Source: Candidatus Humimicrobium oleiphilum
GTDB taxonomy: Bacteria > Actinomycetota > Humimicrobiia > Humimicrobiales > Humimicrobiaceae
Assembly: GCA_002304935.1 (NCBI GenBank)
Contig: DBPS01000051.1
Coordinates: forward strand, 25,861 to 88,761
Direction of reading: 5' to 3'
Length of the DNA stretch: 62,901 nt
The translations under genes were made by a program, and so were the position numbers. Positions 48,334 to 59,563 of this stretch are shown here, piece after piece. The notes under the pieces were generated by a model. That model saw only the letters and a list, made by a program, of their open reading frames with translations, was not told the DNA's origin and did not search any database. Position 1 is the first letter of the stretch, and every line of letters starts with the position of its first letter.

Positions 48334-49818
48334 ATGAAAATCAATGATAGTTTAATTTATGACATTGAAAATAAAAATATTTTTATTTTCGGTCTGGGTA
48401 AAAGCGGATTATCAGTTCTGGAAAAGATAAGTCCCCTTTGTAAAAAAATAAAAGCTCTTGACACAAACCCCGGCTATATAAAACCTGATAATCTGTGCAG
48501 GCTGGAAAAAGAAACTGATATGGAATTATATCTGGGAGAAAGCAGTTTTTCTTCAGAAGACTTATTAAAAAATACAGATATATTTATTGTCAGCCCCGGA
48601 GTGCCATCAGATCATGGAATAATCAAATCCGCTGAAAGCAAAAAAATCCCGGTGATAAGTGAAATTGAATTTGCCTGGCAGTTTATGAATAAAAACCAGA
48701 AAAAACACACTATTGCAGTAACTGGCACAAATGGCAAAACAACGCTGACGTCTTTCCTTGGTCTGGTTTTTAATAAAGCGGGAAGAAAAGCTGTTACCTG
48801 TGGAAATATAGGCAACCCCCTGATTAATACTTTTAATTTCAAATATCAGGATTATGAAAATGGCAGTTATATTGAAGATGATGAAATCATAAGAGTCATT
48901 GAAGTATCAAGCTTTCAGCTTGAAAACACTATAAGCTTCAATCCTTTTTGTTCAATAATATTAAATATTACTGAAGACCATATTGACCGTCACAAGTCGA
49001 TGGAAAATTATGCAGAAATCAAATTCAATATATCCAGATTCCAGAATGAAAAAAACTATCTTGTTTTAAATCTTGATGACAAATATACCAAAAAGGTAAT
49101 TGAAAGCAGTAATTTTAAAAATATCAGGTCGAAGAAAATTTATTTTTCCCTCACCAGAGATAAAATCTCAGACTTGTTCAGTAAGGATGATACTCTTTTT
49201 TATAATATTGGAAATAAAAAGGGAAGCATAAATGTTTCAGAGAGAAAATTAATCGGTTCCCATAATACATCAAACCTGCTTGCAGGTCTTGGTGCATTAA
49301 AGATTTTTGGGATAAAGGATAATTGCATTGAAGAATCAGTTAAAGAGTTCAATCCTCTTCCTCACAGGCTGGAATTTGTCGGAGAAATAAAAGGAATAAA
49401 ATGCTTTAATGATTCCAAAGCGACTAATCCTGATGCCACAATAAAAGCTCTGGAGCATTTTTCTGGCAGCATTACCTTGATTCTCGGTGGTCTTGACAAA
49501 GGTATGGATTTCTCAGGTCTGATACCCGTTTTAAAAAGAAAGGTCAGGAATATAATTTTAATAGGCAGCTGCAGATTCAGATTATCTGAGATACTTGACT
49601 CTGATAAAAAATCTTTTAATTCAATTATAATTTCTGAGAGTTTTGAAGAAGCTGTAAAAAAAGGTATCGAAATTTCTGAAAAAGGAAGTTATTTCATCCT
49701 GTCCCCTTCATGTGCAAGCATGGATATGTTCAGGGATTATAAAGACAGAGGAGAGAAATTTAAAAAATTTTTATTTGAAATAAACAAGCAGGCTTTAACC
49801 GGTAACAAAAATGTCTGA
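48334..49818 (+). CDS. murD: UDP-MurNAc-L-Ala--D-Glu ligase; ATG 48334 preferred over 48280
   Basis: GLGKSG, VSPGVP, AVTGTNGKTT, GNIGNP, EVSSFQL, LNITEDHIDRH, NDSKATN, SP-CASMDMF. Confidence 0.94.
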   Translation: MKINDSLIYDIENKNIFIFGLGKSGLSVLEKISPLCKKIKALDTNPGYIKPDNLCRLEKETDMELYLGESSFSSEDLLKNTDIFIVSPGVPSDHGIIKSAESKKIPVISEIEFAWQFMNKNQKKHTIAVTGTNGKTTLTSFLGLVFNKAGRKAVTCGNIGNPLINTFNFKYQDYENGSYIEDDEIIRVIEVSSFQLENTISFNPFCSIILNITEDHIDRHKSMENYAEIKFNISRFQNEKNYLVLNLDDKYTKKVIESSNFKNIRSKKIYFSLTRDKISDLFSKDDTLFYNIGNKKGSINVSERKLIGSHNTSNLLAGLGALKIFGIKDNCIEESVKEFNPLPHRLEFVGEIKGIKCFNDSKATNPDATIKALEHFSGSITLILGGLDKGMDFSGLIPVLKRKVRNIILIGSCRFRLSEILDSDKKSFNSIIISESFEEAVKKGIEISEKGSYFILSPSCASMDMFRDYKDRGEKFKKFLFEINKQALTGNKNV

Positions 49819-50962
49819 GCATGATCTTGAAAATAAAAAAATAAATTTTATTAAAATAAATATTGAATATTATTTTATTTTCATAATTACTGCCCTCCTG
49901 CTTGTTGTTGGGATGGTGATGGTATCAAGCGCTTCCATGTCTTTCGGGGAAAGTTACAAAAGCGATGCTTTTTATTTTATAAGAAGACAAATGATATGGT
50001 CAGCAATTTCCATAACAGCTCTTCTTGTATTAAATAAAATTGATTATCACAAGATAGCAAAAATATCCAATTTTTTGATTTTAATAGCAATAGGACTTCT
50101 TGCACTGGTGCTTATACCAGGGATAGGCGTTGAGATAGGAGGAGCAAGAAGATGGTTTATATTTATTTTTTCAGTTCAACCTTCAGAGCTTGCAAAAATA
50201 ATTGTCATTATTTATCTCAGCGATATACTTCATAAGAAATACAGGAACATTTATCAGATAAAATCAATATTATTTCCTGCATTCATTTTTCTTCTCATAA
50301 TAACTTTCCTTATATTTATGGAACCGGATTATAGTACAGCAATAATCATATGGATTGTCATATTTATTATTTTATTTATCGGAGAAGTAAGATTTAAACA
50401 TATTGCAGGAATAATGATCACATGGGGTATTTTTGCCGTGGGATATCTTTTTCTTGAGAGCTACCGAAGAGAAAGGATAATCGCATTCCTAAATCAGAAT
50501 TCGGAAGCAGGTAGTTCAAACTTCCAGGTAAATCAATCCCTTATAGCGCTGGGATCAGGCAATATTTTCGGACTTGGACTAGGAAACAGCATGCAGAAAT
50601 ATTCTTATCTCCCTGAAGCAAATACTGATTTTATTTTTTCGATAATAGGTGAAGAATTCGGTTTGATAGGGACTCTTTTTGTTGTCACGCTTTTTGTGCT
50701 TTTTGCATTTTTTGGAATAAGGATAGCAATGAAGGCAAAAGATTATCTTGGAAGGCTTATTGCTGTAGGAATAACGAGTCTTATTGTAATACAGGCTATT
50801 ATGAATATTTCCGTATCTATAGGTCTGTTTCCGGTAACCGGAATAACACTTCCTTTTATAAGCCTCGGAGGTTCGTCTCTTGTGACAACAATGGCTGGTG
50901 CAGGAATTCTTTTAAATATATCTAAATATAAGATAATTTCATCATCTGAGGAAAATGAATAA
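49811..50962 (+). CDS. ftsW: SEDS peptidoglycan polymerase FtsW
   Basis: GARRW, QPSELAK, EPDYSTA, FQVNQSLIA-GSG, LPEANTDFIFSIIGEEFG, TGITLPFISLGGSS. Confidence 0.94.
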   Translation: MSEHDLENKKINFIKINIEYYFIFIITALLLVVGMVMVSSASMSFGESYKSDAFYFIRRQMIWSAISITALLVLNKIDYHKIAKISNFLILIAIGLLALVLIPGIGVEIGGARRWFIFIFSVQPSELAKIIVIIYLSDILHKKYRNIYQIKSILFPAFIFLLIITFLIFMEPDYSTAIIIWIVIFIILFIGEVRFKHIAGIMITWGIFAVGYLFLESYRRERIIAFLNQNSEAGSSNFQVNQSLIALGSGNIFGLGLGNSMQKYSYLPEANTDFIFSIIGEEFGLIGTLFVVTLFVLFAFFGIRIAMKAKDYLGRLIAVGITSLIVIQAIMNISVSIGLFPVTGITLPFISLGGSSLVTTMAGAGILLNISKYKIISSSEENE

Positions 50963-52091
50963 AAAAATAATAATATGCGGAGGAGGGACAGCAGGACATA
51001 TTTATCCTGCAATAGCCATAATCGAGCAGCTCTCAGAGCAATTCAAAAATATAGATATCAGCTATATAGGTACTGAAAAAGGAATGGAAGCCAGTCTGAT
51101 ACCGTCTCTTGGAATAAAATTTGTTACTATTAAATCTTCAGGCCTGGTGCAAAAATCAGGCTTGATAAAAAAAATAAAAAGTTATGTGCTTTTTATTATT
51201 AATGTTATTTCAGGACTTAGCGAATCCTTAAAAATAATTAAAAGAATCAGGCCGGATTTTATTCTGGGGATGGGGGGTTATGTCTGCGCCCCCGCATTTC
51301 TTGCAAGTATTTTATTAAGAAAAAAGTTTTACATACATGAACAGAATTATATTCCCGGAAGATTAAATCTTGTTTTTGCCCGTTATGCCAAAAAAATATT
51401 CATAAGTTTTAAGGAAACAGAAAAATACTTTAAGAAAAAAAGTAAGAAAATAGTCTTTACAGGCAATCCTGTAAGAAAAATAGTCCGTGAATTCAGTTCA
51501 AATGACAAGAATTACCAGAAATACAACCTGTCTCCAGGAGTTTTTACGGTTACAGCTTTTGGTGGCAGTCTGGGAGCTGACAGCATAAATAAGTCCTTTA
51601 TAGGTTTAGCAGATATCATGAAGGATAATAAGAATATACAATTTCTTCTTATATCGGGAAGAAGATTTTACTCCGGACTTGTCGGAAGCAGGAATGGTAC
51701 AGGCACTGACAGTTATAAAAATCTGGGAATCATTCCTTATGAAGACAAGATGCAGGATGTTTATAATATTTCTGATCTGATCATATCAAGATCAGGAGCG
51801 AACACTGTTGCAGAAATTGCAGTAAGCCAGATTCCCGCAATCCTTATTCCTTTCCCTGCGGCAATAAACAATCATCAATACTATAATGCAAAATTTCTGG
51901 CAGATAACAAGAAAGCTATCATACTTAAAGACTCAGAGACAAATGAGCATGTTCTTGAGAAAATATTAAAAGACATGATTTCTGATAACTTTAAGTTATA
52001 TAATGAATTAAAAAATAAAAAAGGTGAAAATATTTTTTTAAACAGTCATAAAATAATTGCAGATGTTCTGATTGGAGATTTATTTGGTTAA
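50955..52091 (+). CDS. murG: Undecaprenyl-PP-MurNAc-pentapeptide GlcNAc transferase
   Basis: GGGTAGHIYP, GMGGYV, HEQN-IPG, TGNPVR, FGGSLGA, SRSGANT, HQYYNA. Confidence 0.95.
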   Translation: MNKKIIICGGGTAGHIYPAIAIIEQLSEQFKNIDISYIGTEKGMEASLIPSLGIKFVTIKSSGLVQKSGLIKKIKSYVLFIINVISGLSESLKIIKRIRPDFILGMGGYVCAPAFLASILLRKKFYIHEQNYIPGRLNLVFARYAKKIFISFKETEKYFKKKSKKIVFTGNPVRKIVREFSSNDKNYQKYNLSPGVFTVTAFGGSLGADSINKSFIGLADIMKDNKNIQFLLISGRRFYSGLVGSRNGTGTDSYKNLGIIPYEDKMQDVYNISDLIISRSGANTVAEIAVSQIPAILIPFPAAINNHQYYNAKFLADNKKAIILKDSETNEHVLEKILKDMISDNFKLYNELKNKKGENIFLNSHKIIADVLIGDLFG

Positions 52092-53466
52092 TGATCTAAA
52101 AAATTTTGGTAAAAACAAAAGCTTTTTCTTTGTAGGAATAGGCGGCGCAGGAATGAGTGCAGTTGCTATAGTCCTTAAAGGAATGGGCTTTCATATAGCT
52201 GGTTCAGATCTTAAAGAATCCGGATATACGGAGAACTTAAAGAAAAAAGGAGTGCAGGTTTTTATAGGACATAATTCAAAAAATATCACAGGATTTGATG
52301 CTCTTATTATTTCTGCAGCAATCAGAAGTGAGAATATAGAATATAAAGCTGCGCAAAGTTCAGGGGTTCCTGTCTATAGCCGTTCAGATGCGCTTGCCTG
52401 GATTTTAAATCAGAAGAAAGGTATAGCAATAGCGGGTACCCATGGTAAAACTACAACAACTTCTATGATTTCTTTTATTTTCAAGGAAGCTTGTCTTGAT
52501 CCCACTATTATTATAGGGGGGGAACTGAATGAGCTTGGAACAAATGCCAGTTTTGGAGAAGGTGAATATATTATTGCTGAAGCCTGTGAGAGTGACGGTT
52601 CATTTTTAAAATATAATCCGTTTGTCAGCATGGTTACAAATATAGAAGAAGATCATCTTGATTTTTATAAAAATTATGAAGAAATCAGAAAAAGTTTTAT
52701 AAGTTTTTTAAATAATACAAAAGAAAACGGATTTATCATAATAAACGGAGATGAAATAAGTGAAGATCTGCTTGAGGGACTGAAAGAAAACAAGAAGATA
52801 TTCAGATTCGGACTTACAGAAAAAAATGATATTTACGCATATGATATTGTGCCTTCAAGCTCAGGGATAAGATTTAAAATAAAAGTAAATAAAAAGGCTT
52901 ATGATGTAAAGCTAAAGATTCCGGGCATTCATAATGTAAAAAATTGTCTTGCCAGTCTGGCCTGCGCATACATCCTGAAACTGGATGTCAGACGGTGCAT
53001 TGAAATAATTGAAAGCTTTACAGGAGTCAAGAGAAGATTCCAGATCAGAGGTTTTTTTAAAGATTCCATGATAATTGATGATTATGCCCATCACCCGACC
53101 GAGATAAAGGCAACTCTGGAAGCTGCAGAAAGTCTTCTAAAAGAAAAAATAATTACTGTTTTTCAGCCACACAGATACTCCCGGCTGATGGCTATTCTTA
53201 ATAAATTTAATAATTGTTTTGAAAAAACTGATACCCTCATTATTACAGAAGTTTATGCTTCCGGTGAAAATCCTGTACCTGGTGTTTCAGGCAAACTGCT
53301 TGTAGATTATCTTTCCGAAAATGATTTCAGCAAAAAACTTGTTTATCTCCCCAAGATAAATGATATTGTTGAATATCTGAAACAGGAAATAAAAAATGAT
53401 AATCTTATACTTGTTATGGGAGCAGGAGACATAACAAGAGTGTCTGACAACCTGCTGAATACTTAA
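52084..53466 (+). CDS. murC: UDP-MurNAc--L-Ala ligase (ORF track TTG 52072; TTG 52084 follows a GGAG)
   Basis: GIGGAGMS, GSD, AGTHGKTTT, EACESD, NIEEDHLD, GVKRRF, DDYAHHPTE, FQPHRYSR, MGAGDI. Confidence 0.95.
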   Translation: MVNDLKNFGKNKSFFFVGIGGAGMSAVAIVLKGMGFHIAGSDLKESGYTENLKKKGVQVFIGHNSKNITGFDALIISAAIRSENIEYKAAQSSGVPVYSRSDALAWILNQKKGIAIAGTHGKTTTTSMISFIFKEACLDPTIIIGGELNELGTNASFGEGEYIIAEACESDGSFLKYNPFVSMVTNIEEDHLDFYKNYEEIRKSFISFLNNTKENGFIIINGDEISEDLLEGLKENKKIFRFGLTEKNDIYAYDIVPSSSGIRFKIKVNKKAYDVKLKIPGIHNVKNCLASLACAYILKLDVRRCIEIIESFTGVKRRFQIRGFFKDSMIIDDYAHHPTEIKATLEAAESLLKEKIITVFQPHRYSRLMAILNKFNNCFEKTDTLIITEVYASGENPVPGVSGKLLVDYLSENDFSKKLVYLPKINDIVEYLKQEIKNDNLILVMGAGDITRVSDNLLNT

Positions 53467-53491
53467 AAAATTTAAAAGTGATTTAATAACC

Positions 53492-54421
53492 ATGCCTGGT
53501 GAAGATAAAATAAAAAAAATAATAGACAATAGCGGAATAAAAAATCTGAAGATATATCATGATGCGGATATGCGCAAACTTTTTACTTTCAGGATTAATG
53601 CAATTATCCCTTTTCTTGTAATTCCGGAGAATGCCGAAGCTCTGGTCAGTCTGACAGCCTGCCTTTTAGATAATAATATTGAATATTTTATCATTGGCGG
53701 AGGGTCTAACTCATTAATAAATGACCTTAATAAAAACATTGTAATCATCAAGCTTGGAAGACTATTCGATAGCATAGATTTTAAAGAAGAGGGCAGCATT
53801 GAATGTGGAGCTGCCTATAATATGGCAAGATTTGTAACAGAATGTTATAAAGAAAGTTATAATTTTGCTTTTCTGGCAGGCATACCTGGCACTCTGGGTG
53901 GAGCAGTTGCAGGTAATTCAGGAACAAAATTCAGTTCAATTTGTGAGTTTGTAGACAGGATAGAATGTCTGAAAATCAAGTCAAATCATGTAGTCAAAGA
54001 AGAGCACAAATTAAGAAAAAATGATTTTGGTTACAGATTCCTTAATATTGAAAATCTTCTTGCAATAACAAAAATCTATCTTAAAAAAGAACGGGCTGAA
54101 AAAGAATTAGTATTCAATGAGATACTTGAAAGAATAAAATATAAAAAAGCATCACAGCCTTTAAACAAATTTACGGCCGGATGCTTTTTTAAAAATCCAT
54201 TAAATTCCAATAAGACAGCTGCAGAACTTATTGATAGTCTGGACCTCAAGGGATTCCAGTACGGAGGAGCTGCTGTTTCAAAAAAACATGCCAATTTTAT
54301 TGAAAACTTTAAAGATGCATCTTCTATGGATATTTATAATCTTTCCAGAATAATTGCGGGAATGGTAAAGGATAATTTTAATATAGAACTTGAAAACGAG
54401 GTGAAGATAGTTGGATTTTAA
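53492..54421 (+). CDS. murB: UDP-N-acetylenolpyruvoylglucosamine reductase, type II with Cys at the proton-donor position
   Basis: IGGGSN, GIPGTLGGA, FGYR, AGCFFKNP, KHANFI, LENEV. Confidence 0.93.
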   Translation: MPGEDKIKKIIDNSGIKNLKIYHDADMRKLFTFRINAIIPFLVIPENAEALVSLTACLLDNNIEYFIIGGGSNSLINDLNKNIVIIKLGRLFDSIDFKEEGSIECGAAYNMARFVTECYKESYNFAFLAGIPGTLGGAVAGNSGTKFSSICEFVDRIECLKIKSNHVVKEEHKLRKNDFGYRFLNIENLLAITKIYLKKERAEKELVFNEILERIKYKKASQPLNKFTAGCFFKNPLNSNKTAAELIDSLDLKGFQYGGAAVSKKHANFIENFKDASSMDIYNLSRIIAGMVKDNFNIELENEVKIVGF

Positions 54422-55400
54422 AAAAAACGAGCTTGCAAAACTTTTTAAAGATATGCCTCTGTCCGGTAAAAAAAAGGATGTAAAAGTAGGTGTCATATGC
54501 GGAGGCATTTCTTCGGAAAGAGAGATTTCCTTAAAAACAGGTAGCGGGATATATTCAGCTCTTATCGAACTTGGCTATAACACAGATTTTATTGATTTTA
54601 AGGGCGACGACATTTCTGTATTTAAAAATATTGACATTGCATTCCTGGCTCTTCATGGAAAATATGGCGAAGATGGCACAGTGCAGGGCGTTCTGGAGCT
54701 TTTTAAAATACCTTATACCGGCTCGGGGATACTCGCCAGCTCTCTTGCAATAGATAAGATATATTCAAAAAAAATATTTAAGCTTGAAGGAATAAATACT
54801 CCGGATTATATAAGCATTGATAATGGAAAAGTTATAGAAATTAAAGGGATAATAAAATCAGTTAATGATAAATTAGGCTATCCTGTTGTAGTAAAACCTG
54901 CAAGAGAAGGTTCCACTATCGGTATTACTATTGCTGAAAATGAGTCAGAAATTGAAAGTGCTATCAATTTTGCCAGGATTTATGACAGCAGAATACTTAT
55001 AGAAAAATATATTAAAGGCAGACAGCTTACTACAAGCATTTTGGGAGAAAATCCTGTTGCCCTGCCTATAATTGAAGTAATACCCAAAAGCGGTTTTTAT
55101 GATTTTAAATCCAAGTATACTTCAGGCCTTACTGAATATATAGTGCCTGCCAGAATAAGTAATGATTTAAGCCTGAAAATCCAGGATATTTCTCTCAAAA
55201 CCCATCAAAGCCTGGGTTGCTACGGAATTTCAAGAGTTGATCTGATTCTGGACGAAAACGGAGAAATATTTGTATTGGAGATAAACACTATGCCGGGAAT
55301 GACTGAAACAAGTCTTGTCCCCAAAGCGGCTGCAGCAGCAGGAATAGACTTTAAAAAGCTTGTAGAAATAATATTAAATCTTTCTGCATTAAAGCAATAA
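54411..55400 (+). CDS. ddl: D-alanine--D-alanine ligase
   Basis: GGISSEREIS, ALHG-YGEDG-VQG, PVVVKP--EGST, FYDFKSKY, SRVD, EINTMPGMT. Confidence 0.95.
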   Translation: MDFKKNELAKLFKDMPLSGKKKDVKVGVICGGISSEREISLKTGSGIYSALIELGYNTDFIDFKGDDISVFKNIDIAFLALHGKYGEDGTVQGVLELFKIPYTGSGILASSLAIDKIYSKKIFKLEGINTPDYISIDNGKVIEIKGIIKSVNDKLGYPVVVKPAREGSTIGITIAENESEIESAINFARIYDSRILIEKYIKGRQLTTSILGENPVALPIIEVIPKSGFYDFKSKYTSGLTEYIVPARISNDLSLKIQDISLKTHQSLGCYGISRVDLILDENGEIFVLEINTMPGMTETSLVPKAAAAAGIDFKKLVEIILNLSALKQ

Positions 55401-55404
55401 TAAA

Positions 55405-56193
55405 ATGGCTGCCAGAATTGTCAGGGATAAAAGAATTGTTTCCAGAAAGCGAAAATCAGCTTTTAAAAAGTTCTCAATATTTTTATGGGTATTGTTTGGA
55501 ATAGCAGTTTTTACCGGAACAATTCTGGGATTAAATTATTTCTATAATAGTGATTATTTTAAGATCAAAAACATAGAAGTAATTAATAATGATTACTATA
55601 ATAAGGAGGAACTAGAAATTTATCTGGGGGCTCTTAAAGGTAAAAATATCTTTGAGGTCGACAAGAAGCAAAATGAATTGTCCATTGAGTCAAACTATAG
55701 CAGAATAAAAAAAGCAGAGCTTAAAAAGATATTTCCTGATAAGCTGGAAATAATTATCATGGAAAGATTGCCTTATCTAAGAATAAGCTATAAAGAAAAA
55801 ATCTTTTTAATAGATGATGAAGGTGTATTTTTAGAAGAAATAAATTCAGGTTCAGAGGGCTATAGTGATTTAATCCTGGTTAAGGAAGCAGTAAATTATT
55901 TACCTGAGATAGGAAATAAAATTGCCAGGAAAAATGTATTAAGCATTGGACAGATCTATAATACCATGAATGAGGATATCCGCTTGCATATCAAGTATGC
56001 CGGGGTAAGCGATGATTCTTTTGGTGACATTTTTTTTAATACCGGTAATAATATGAATATATTATATGGAAATACTTCAGAATTAACGAAAAAAAATTTA
56101 ATATTAGAAAAGATATTAAAAGAAATTGAAAATGAAGGTATTTCTTATAGTATAATAGATGTCAGAATTACTGATAGTCCGATAATAAGATAG
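55405..56193 (+). CDS. ftsQ: Cell division protein FtsQ/DivIB
   Basis: Basic N-terminus, TM, POTRA-like (FKIKNIEV, KKIFPDKLEIII-ER), C-terminal IDVR; synteny. Confidence 0.85.
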   Translation: MAARIVRDKRIVSRKRKSAFKKFSIFLWVLFGIAVFTGTILGLNYFYNSDYFKIKNIEVINNDYYNKEELEIYLGALKGKNIFEVDKKQNELSIESNYSRIKKAELKKIFPDKLEIIIMERLPYLRISYKEKIFLIDDEGVFLEEINSGSEGYSDLILVKEAVNYLPEIGNKIARKNVLSIGQIYNTMNEDIRLHIKYAGVSDDSFGDIFFNTGNNMNILYGNTSELTKKNLILEKILKEIENEGISYSIIDVRITDSPIIR

Positions 56194-56216
56194 AATCTAT
56201 TTTAATGGAGGGTTGA

Positions 56217-57470
56217 TTGCCTGGAAAAGACGAATTGATTGCAGCAATAGATATTGGAACGACAAAAGTAAGCACACTCATCGGCAGGCTTAAAAAAAAT
56301 AATGTTGTTGAAATAAAAGGATATGGATTATCAAAAAGCAGAGGCATAAAAAAAGGTCTGGTCATTGATATAAACGAAGTAACAAAATCAATACTTGATT
56401 CAGTAGAGCTTGCTGAAAAATCATCAAATTTGTTTATTGACAACGCCTACATCGGAGTTACCGGCAAGCATATTGCTTTCGAAAACAATTATAATGAACT
56501 GACAATAGCTTCTCCTAACAAAATAGTAAGGAAAATTGATGTAGACAGGCTTATATCTCTCACAAACAGGATAAACCTTCCTTCCCAGTATGAAGTAATA
56601 CATACGATAATAAAGCAATTTGTTGCTGATGGAGAAAAAGGCATAGAAGACCCCATAGGGCTTGCGACTGAAAGACTGGGGGTTGAGCTGCTTATAATTT
56701 TTGGTTCATCTTCCATTATGAGAAATATAATCAATTGTGTTAAATCTGCAAATCTGGAAATAGAGGACATAATCATAGAAGCCCTTGCATCTTCTGAAGC
56801 TGTTCTTTCTAATGAGGAAAAAGATAGCGGTGTGATTCTTCTGGATATAGGAGGAGGAACAACAGATGTTGCAGTTTACAAGAATAAGAAAATGGTATTT
56901 ACATATTGTCTGCCTGTAGGCGGAGACCTTATTACAAATGATATTTCAATCGGGCTGAATATTCCTTTCGCAAAAGCAGAAGAAATAAAAAAAAGGTTTG
57001 CAAACGTAGATTACAATTTTCCGGATTTATTGAATAAAGCAAGTATCAGTGAGATGAATATAAACACAAATAAGACTACTTTAAGCATACAGCTTTACAA
57101 TATTGTAAGTTCCAGGATTAAAGAGATGATGCAGATAATCAAAGATAAAATAGATGAATATGGCATTTTAAATTCTATACCCTGCGGGCTTGTTATAACA
57201 GGAGGGTCTTCACAGACCAAAGGTATTCTGAAAATGTCCAGTGCGGTTTTCAATATGCCATCCAGGATAGGTATCTGTATTGATGTGGAAGGACCATCTG
57301 AGGTTGTAAATAATCCGATTTTCTCCACAGGTGTGGGAATTTTGAAATATGCTTTTCAGGTTGATAATTTTGAAGACATAGATAATATTAATAATAAATC
57401 AAGAAATAATTTAAGTTTTGGTGAAAGGTTCAGGATGTTTGTAAATAAAATTTTAAAAGGTGAAAAATAG
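56217..57470 (+). CDS. ftsA: Cell division protein FtsA
   Basis: [44 protein letters not shown]; C-terminal amphipathic helix; GGAGGG RBS. Confidence 0.94.
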   Translation: MPGKDELIAAIDIGTTKVSTLIGRLKKNNVVEIKGYGLSKSRGIKKGLVIDINEVTKSILDSVELAEKSSNLFIDNAYIGVTGKHIAFENNYNELTIASPNKIVRKIDVDRLISLTNRINLPSQYEVIHTIIKQFVADGEKGIEDPIGLATERLGVELLIIFGSSSIMRNIINCVKSANLEIEDIIIEALASSEAVLSNEEKDSGVILLDIGGGTTDVAVYKNKKMVFTYCLPVGGDLITNDISIGLNIPFAKAEEIKKRFANVDYNFPDLLNKASISEMNINTNKTTLSIQLYNIVSSRIKEMMQIIKDKIDEYGILNSIPCGLVITGGSSQTKGILKMSSAVFNMPSRIGICIDVEGPSEVVNNPIFSTGVGILKYAFQVDNFEDIDNINNKSRNNLSFGERFRMFVNKILKGEK

Positions 57471-57480
57471 GGGGTTTAAT

Positions 57481-58632
57481 GTGGGTTTGGAATTTGACAA
57501 GAATTATTATGCGGTTATAAAAGTAATCGGAGTTGGTGGCGGTGGCAGCAATGCTGTCAACAGAATGATGGAAGATAATCTTAATGGCTGCGAGTTTATA
57601 GCTATAAATACTGATGCCCAGGCGTTGATGATGTCAAATGCTGACAGGAAAGTATTGATAGGGGAAACTGGCCTTGGAGCAGGTTCAAACCCTGAATCCG
57701 GCAAATCATCTGCTGAGAAATCCGGAGATGCGATCAGGGAAGTATTAAAAGGTGCGGACATGGTATTTATTACCTGCGGAGAAGGAGGCGGAACAGGAAC
57801 AGGAGCAGCTCCTGTTATTGCTGACATTGCAAAAGAAGAAGGGTGTCTAACTGTTGCCGTGGTGACCAGGCCTTTTACTTTTGAAGGAGTAAAAAGAGGT
57901 CTGCAGGCTGAGGAAGGGATAGATAATTTAAAAGGAAAAGTAGATTGCCTGATTGTTATACCGAATGACAAACTTCTTGAGATAGCAGATGAAAATACTA
58001 CTTTGCTTAATGCGTTTAAATTAGCAGATAATGTACTTAAAGCCGGAGTAAGAGGAGTAACTGATCTTATTACACTTCCCGGCCTTATAAATCTTGATTT
58101 TGCTGATGTCAAATCAATAATAAAAGATTCAGGCAATGCTCTTCTCGGGGATGGTATTTCTTCAGGAGAGAACAGGGCAATAAAAGCAGCACAGCAGGCT
58201 ATAAACAGTCCTTTGATAGAATCTTCGATAGATGGCGCAAAAGGAATTCTTTTAAATGTGTCAGGCGGGCCTGATCTGAAATTATTTGAAGTAAATGAAG
58301 CAGCAGAGATAATCAGAAACTCATCCAGCCAGGAAGCAAATATTATTTTCGGTGCTGTAGTCGACGAAAATATGAAAGACAAAATAAAAGTTACAATAAT
58401 TGCAACTGGCTTTAAAGATAAAAATTTTGAATCCAGGCAAAAACAGGAAAAGCAGAATGAGGCAGTAAAGGAAGAGTCTTTTCCTGAAAACAAACAGGAA
58501 GATAAAAAGAGCACTGAAAGAGAAAGTATCTTCCCGGAATTAAAGGAATCGACAAAAGGAATTAAATTCGGAGAAGAGGAAGATATCCTGGATATCCCTA
58601 CGTTTCTTAGAAAAGATAAAAATCCGTTTTAA
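57481..58632 (+). CDS. ftsZ: Cell division protein FtsZ (ORF track GTG 57460; GTG 57481 preferred)
   Basis: [45 protein letters not shown]-terminal core LDIPTFLR. Confidence 0.98.
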   Translation: MGLEFDKNYYAVIKVIGVGGGGSNAVNRMMEDNLNGCEFIAINTDAQALMMSNADRKVLIGETGLGAGSNPESGKSSAEKSGDAIREVLKGADMVFITCGEGGGTGTGAAPVIADIAKEEGCLTVAVVTRPFTFEGVKRGLQAEEGIDNLKGKVDCLIVIPNDKLLEIADENTTLLNAFKLADNVLKAGVRGVTDLITLPGLINLDFADVKSIIKDSGNALLGDGISSGENRAIKAAQQAINSPLIESSIDGAKGILLNVSGGPDLKLFEVNEAAEIIRNSSSQEANIIFGAVVDENMKDKIKVTIIATGFKDKNFESRQKQEKQNEAVKEESFPENKQEDKKSTERESIFPELKESTKGIKFGEEEDILDIPTFLRKDKNPF

Positions 58633-58643
58633 TTTGATTTTTA

Positions 58644-59543
58644 ATGGAAATAAATGAAGTTTATAAAAATAAGACATTATATTTTTCACCAATCGGGCTT
58701 CAGGAAAAATATGGACTAAATCTTATATTTACAACTGCAACCAAAGGACAAATCAAAGAAAAGTCAGATGACTTTAATCTTTCTTTTAACGATGAATATA
58801 AACCATCAGAAGTCACTAAAAATAGAAAACTGCTACTTCATTCAAATGAAATAAAAACAGAAAATCCTATTATTTTTTTAAGACAGAGACATGGCAGCAA
58901 AATAATAATCATTGATGAAAACTTTATGTTTAAATTTAAAGAACTCTATCTGGAACTAGACATGATATCATGTGCAAAAAATGATATCCGGAAATTTATT
59001 AAAATAAAAGAATCCCTCCCTGAGGGAGACGGGCTGATAACAGCATTGCCGGATATACCGATAATGGTCCTGGGAGCAGATTGTAATATTATTCTGATAT
59101 GCGACATTAAACAAAGGATCATTGCAGCAGTACATGCAGGATGGCGCGGAGTGCTAGACAATATTCTAAGTTACTGTCTCAATATGCTGATTGACAAATT
59201 TGGCAGCAGGCAAAAAGATTTAATGATTTTCTTCGGACCATCCATAAGAAAATGCTGTTTTGAAATTGGAAGTGAGATTTATAAGGATTTTAAGACAGAA
59301 TTCGAAGAAACCTTCGATGAATATGGTGAAATATGTAATGACGGTAAATATTTTATAGATCTGATAGGCATACTTAAATATCAGGCTTTCAAAACGGGTA
59401 TTTTTGATAAAAATATCAGTGTCGTCGGAGACTGCACATGCTGCTCCGATAATAGTTTGTTTTTTTCTTACAGGAAAGATAAAAAAGCAGGAAGACAGGC
59501 TGCCCTGGCATATATAAGCCAGAAGTTCCAATACAGCAATTAA
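58644..59543 (+). CDS. pgeF: PgeF/YfiH (YlmD) peptidoglycan editing factor / laccase-domain protein
   Basis: Q-HG, GDGLIT, GADC, AVHAGWRG, GPSI--CCF, CT-C, FFSYR. Confidence 0.88.
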   Translation: MEINEVYKNKTLYFSPIGLQEKYGLNLIFTTATKGQIKEKSDDFNLSFNDEYKPSEVTKNRKLLLHSNEIKTENPIIFLRQRHGSKIIIIDENFMFKFKELYLELDMISCAKNDIRKFIKIKESLPEGDGLITALPDIPIMVLGADCNIILICDIKQRIIAAVHAGWRGVLDNILSYCLNMLIDKFGSRQKDLMIFFGPSIRKCCFEIGSEIYKDFKTEFEETFDEYGEICNDGKYFIDLIGILKYQAFKTGIFDKNISVVGDCTCCSDNSLFFSYRKDKKAGRQAALAYISQKFQYSN

Positions 59544-59563
59544 ATCATAGTTTTATCAGCAAA

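Noticed and set aside
55000-55130. Ddl variant motifs (GRQLT in place of GRE; FYDFKSKY) as a sign of a D-Ala-D-Lac ligase
   Set aside because: The specificity Tyr (equivalent to E. coli Tyr216) is retained; E-to-Q is conservative
57507-58514. 335-aa antisense ORF opposite ftsZ
   Set aside because: Shadow of a conserved gene; Ser/Pro/Ile-rich with no motif or RBS
58900-59030. About 30-aa insertion in PgeF before GDGLIT
   Set aside because: This loop varies in length in the family; catalytic His/Cys motifs are intact
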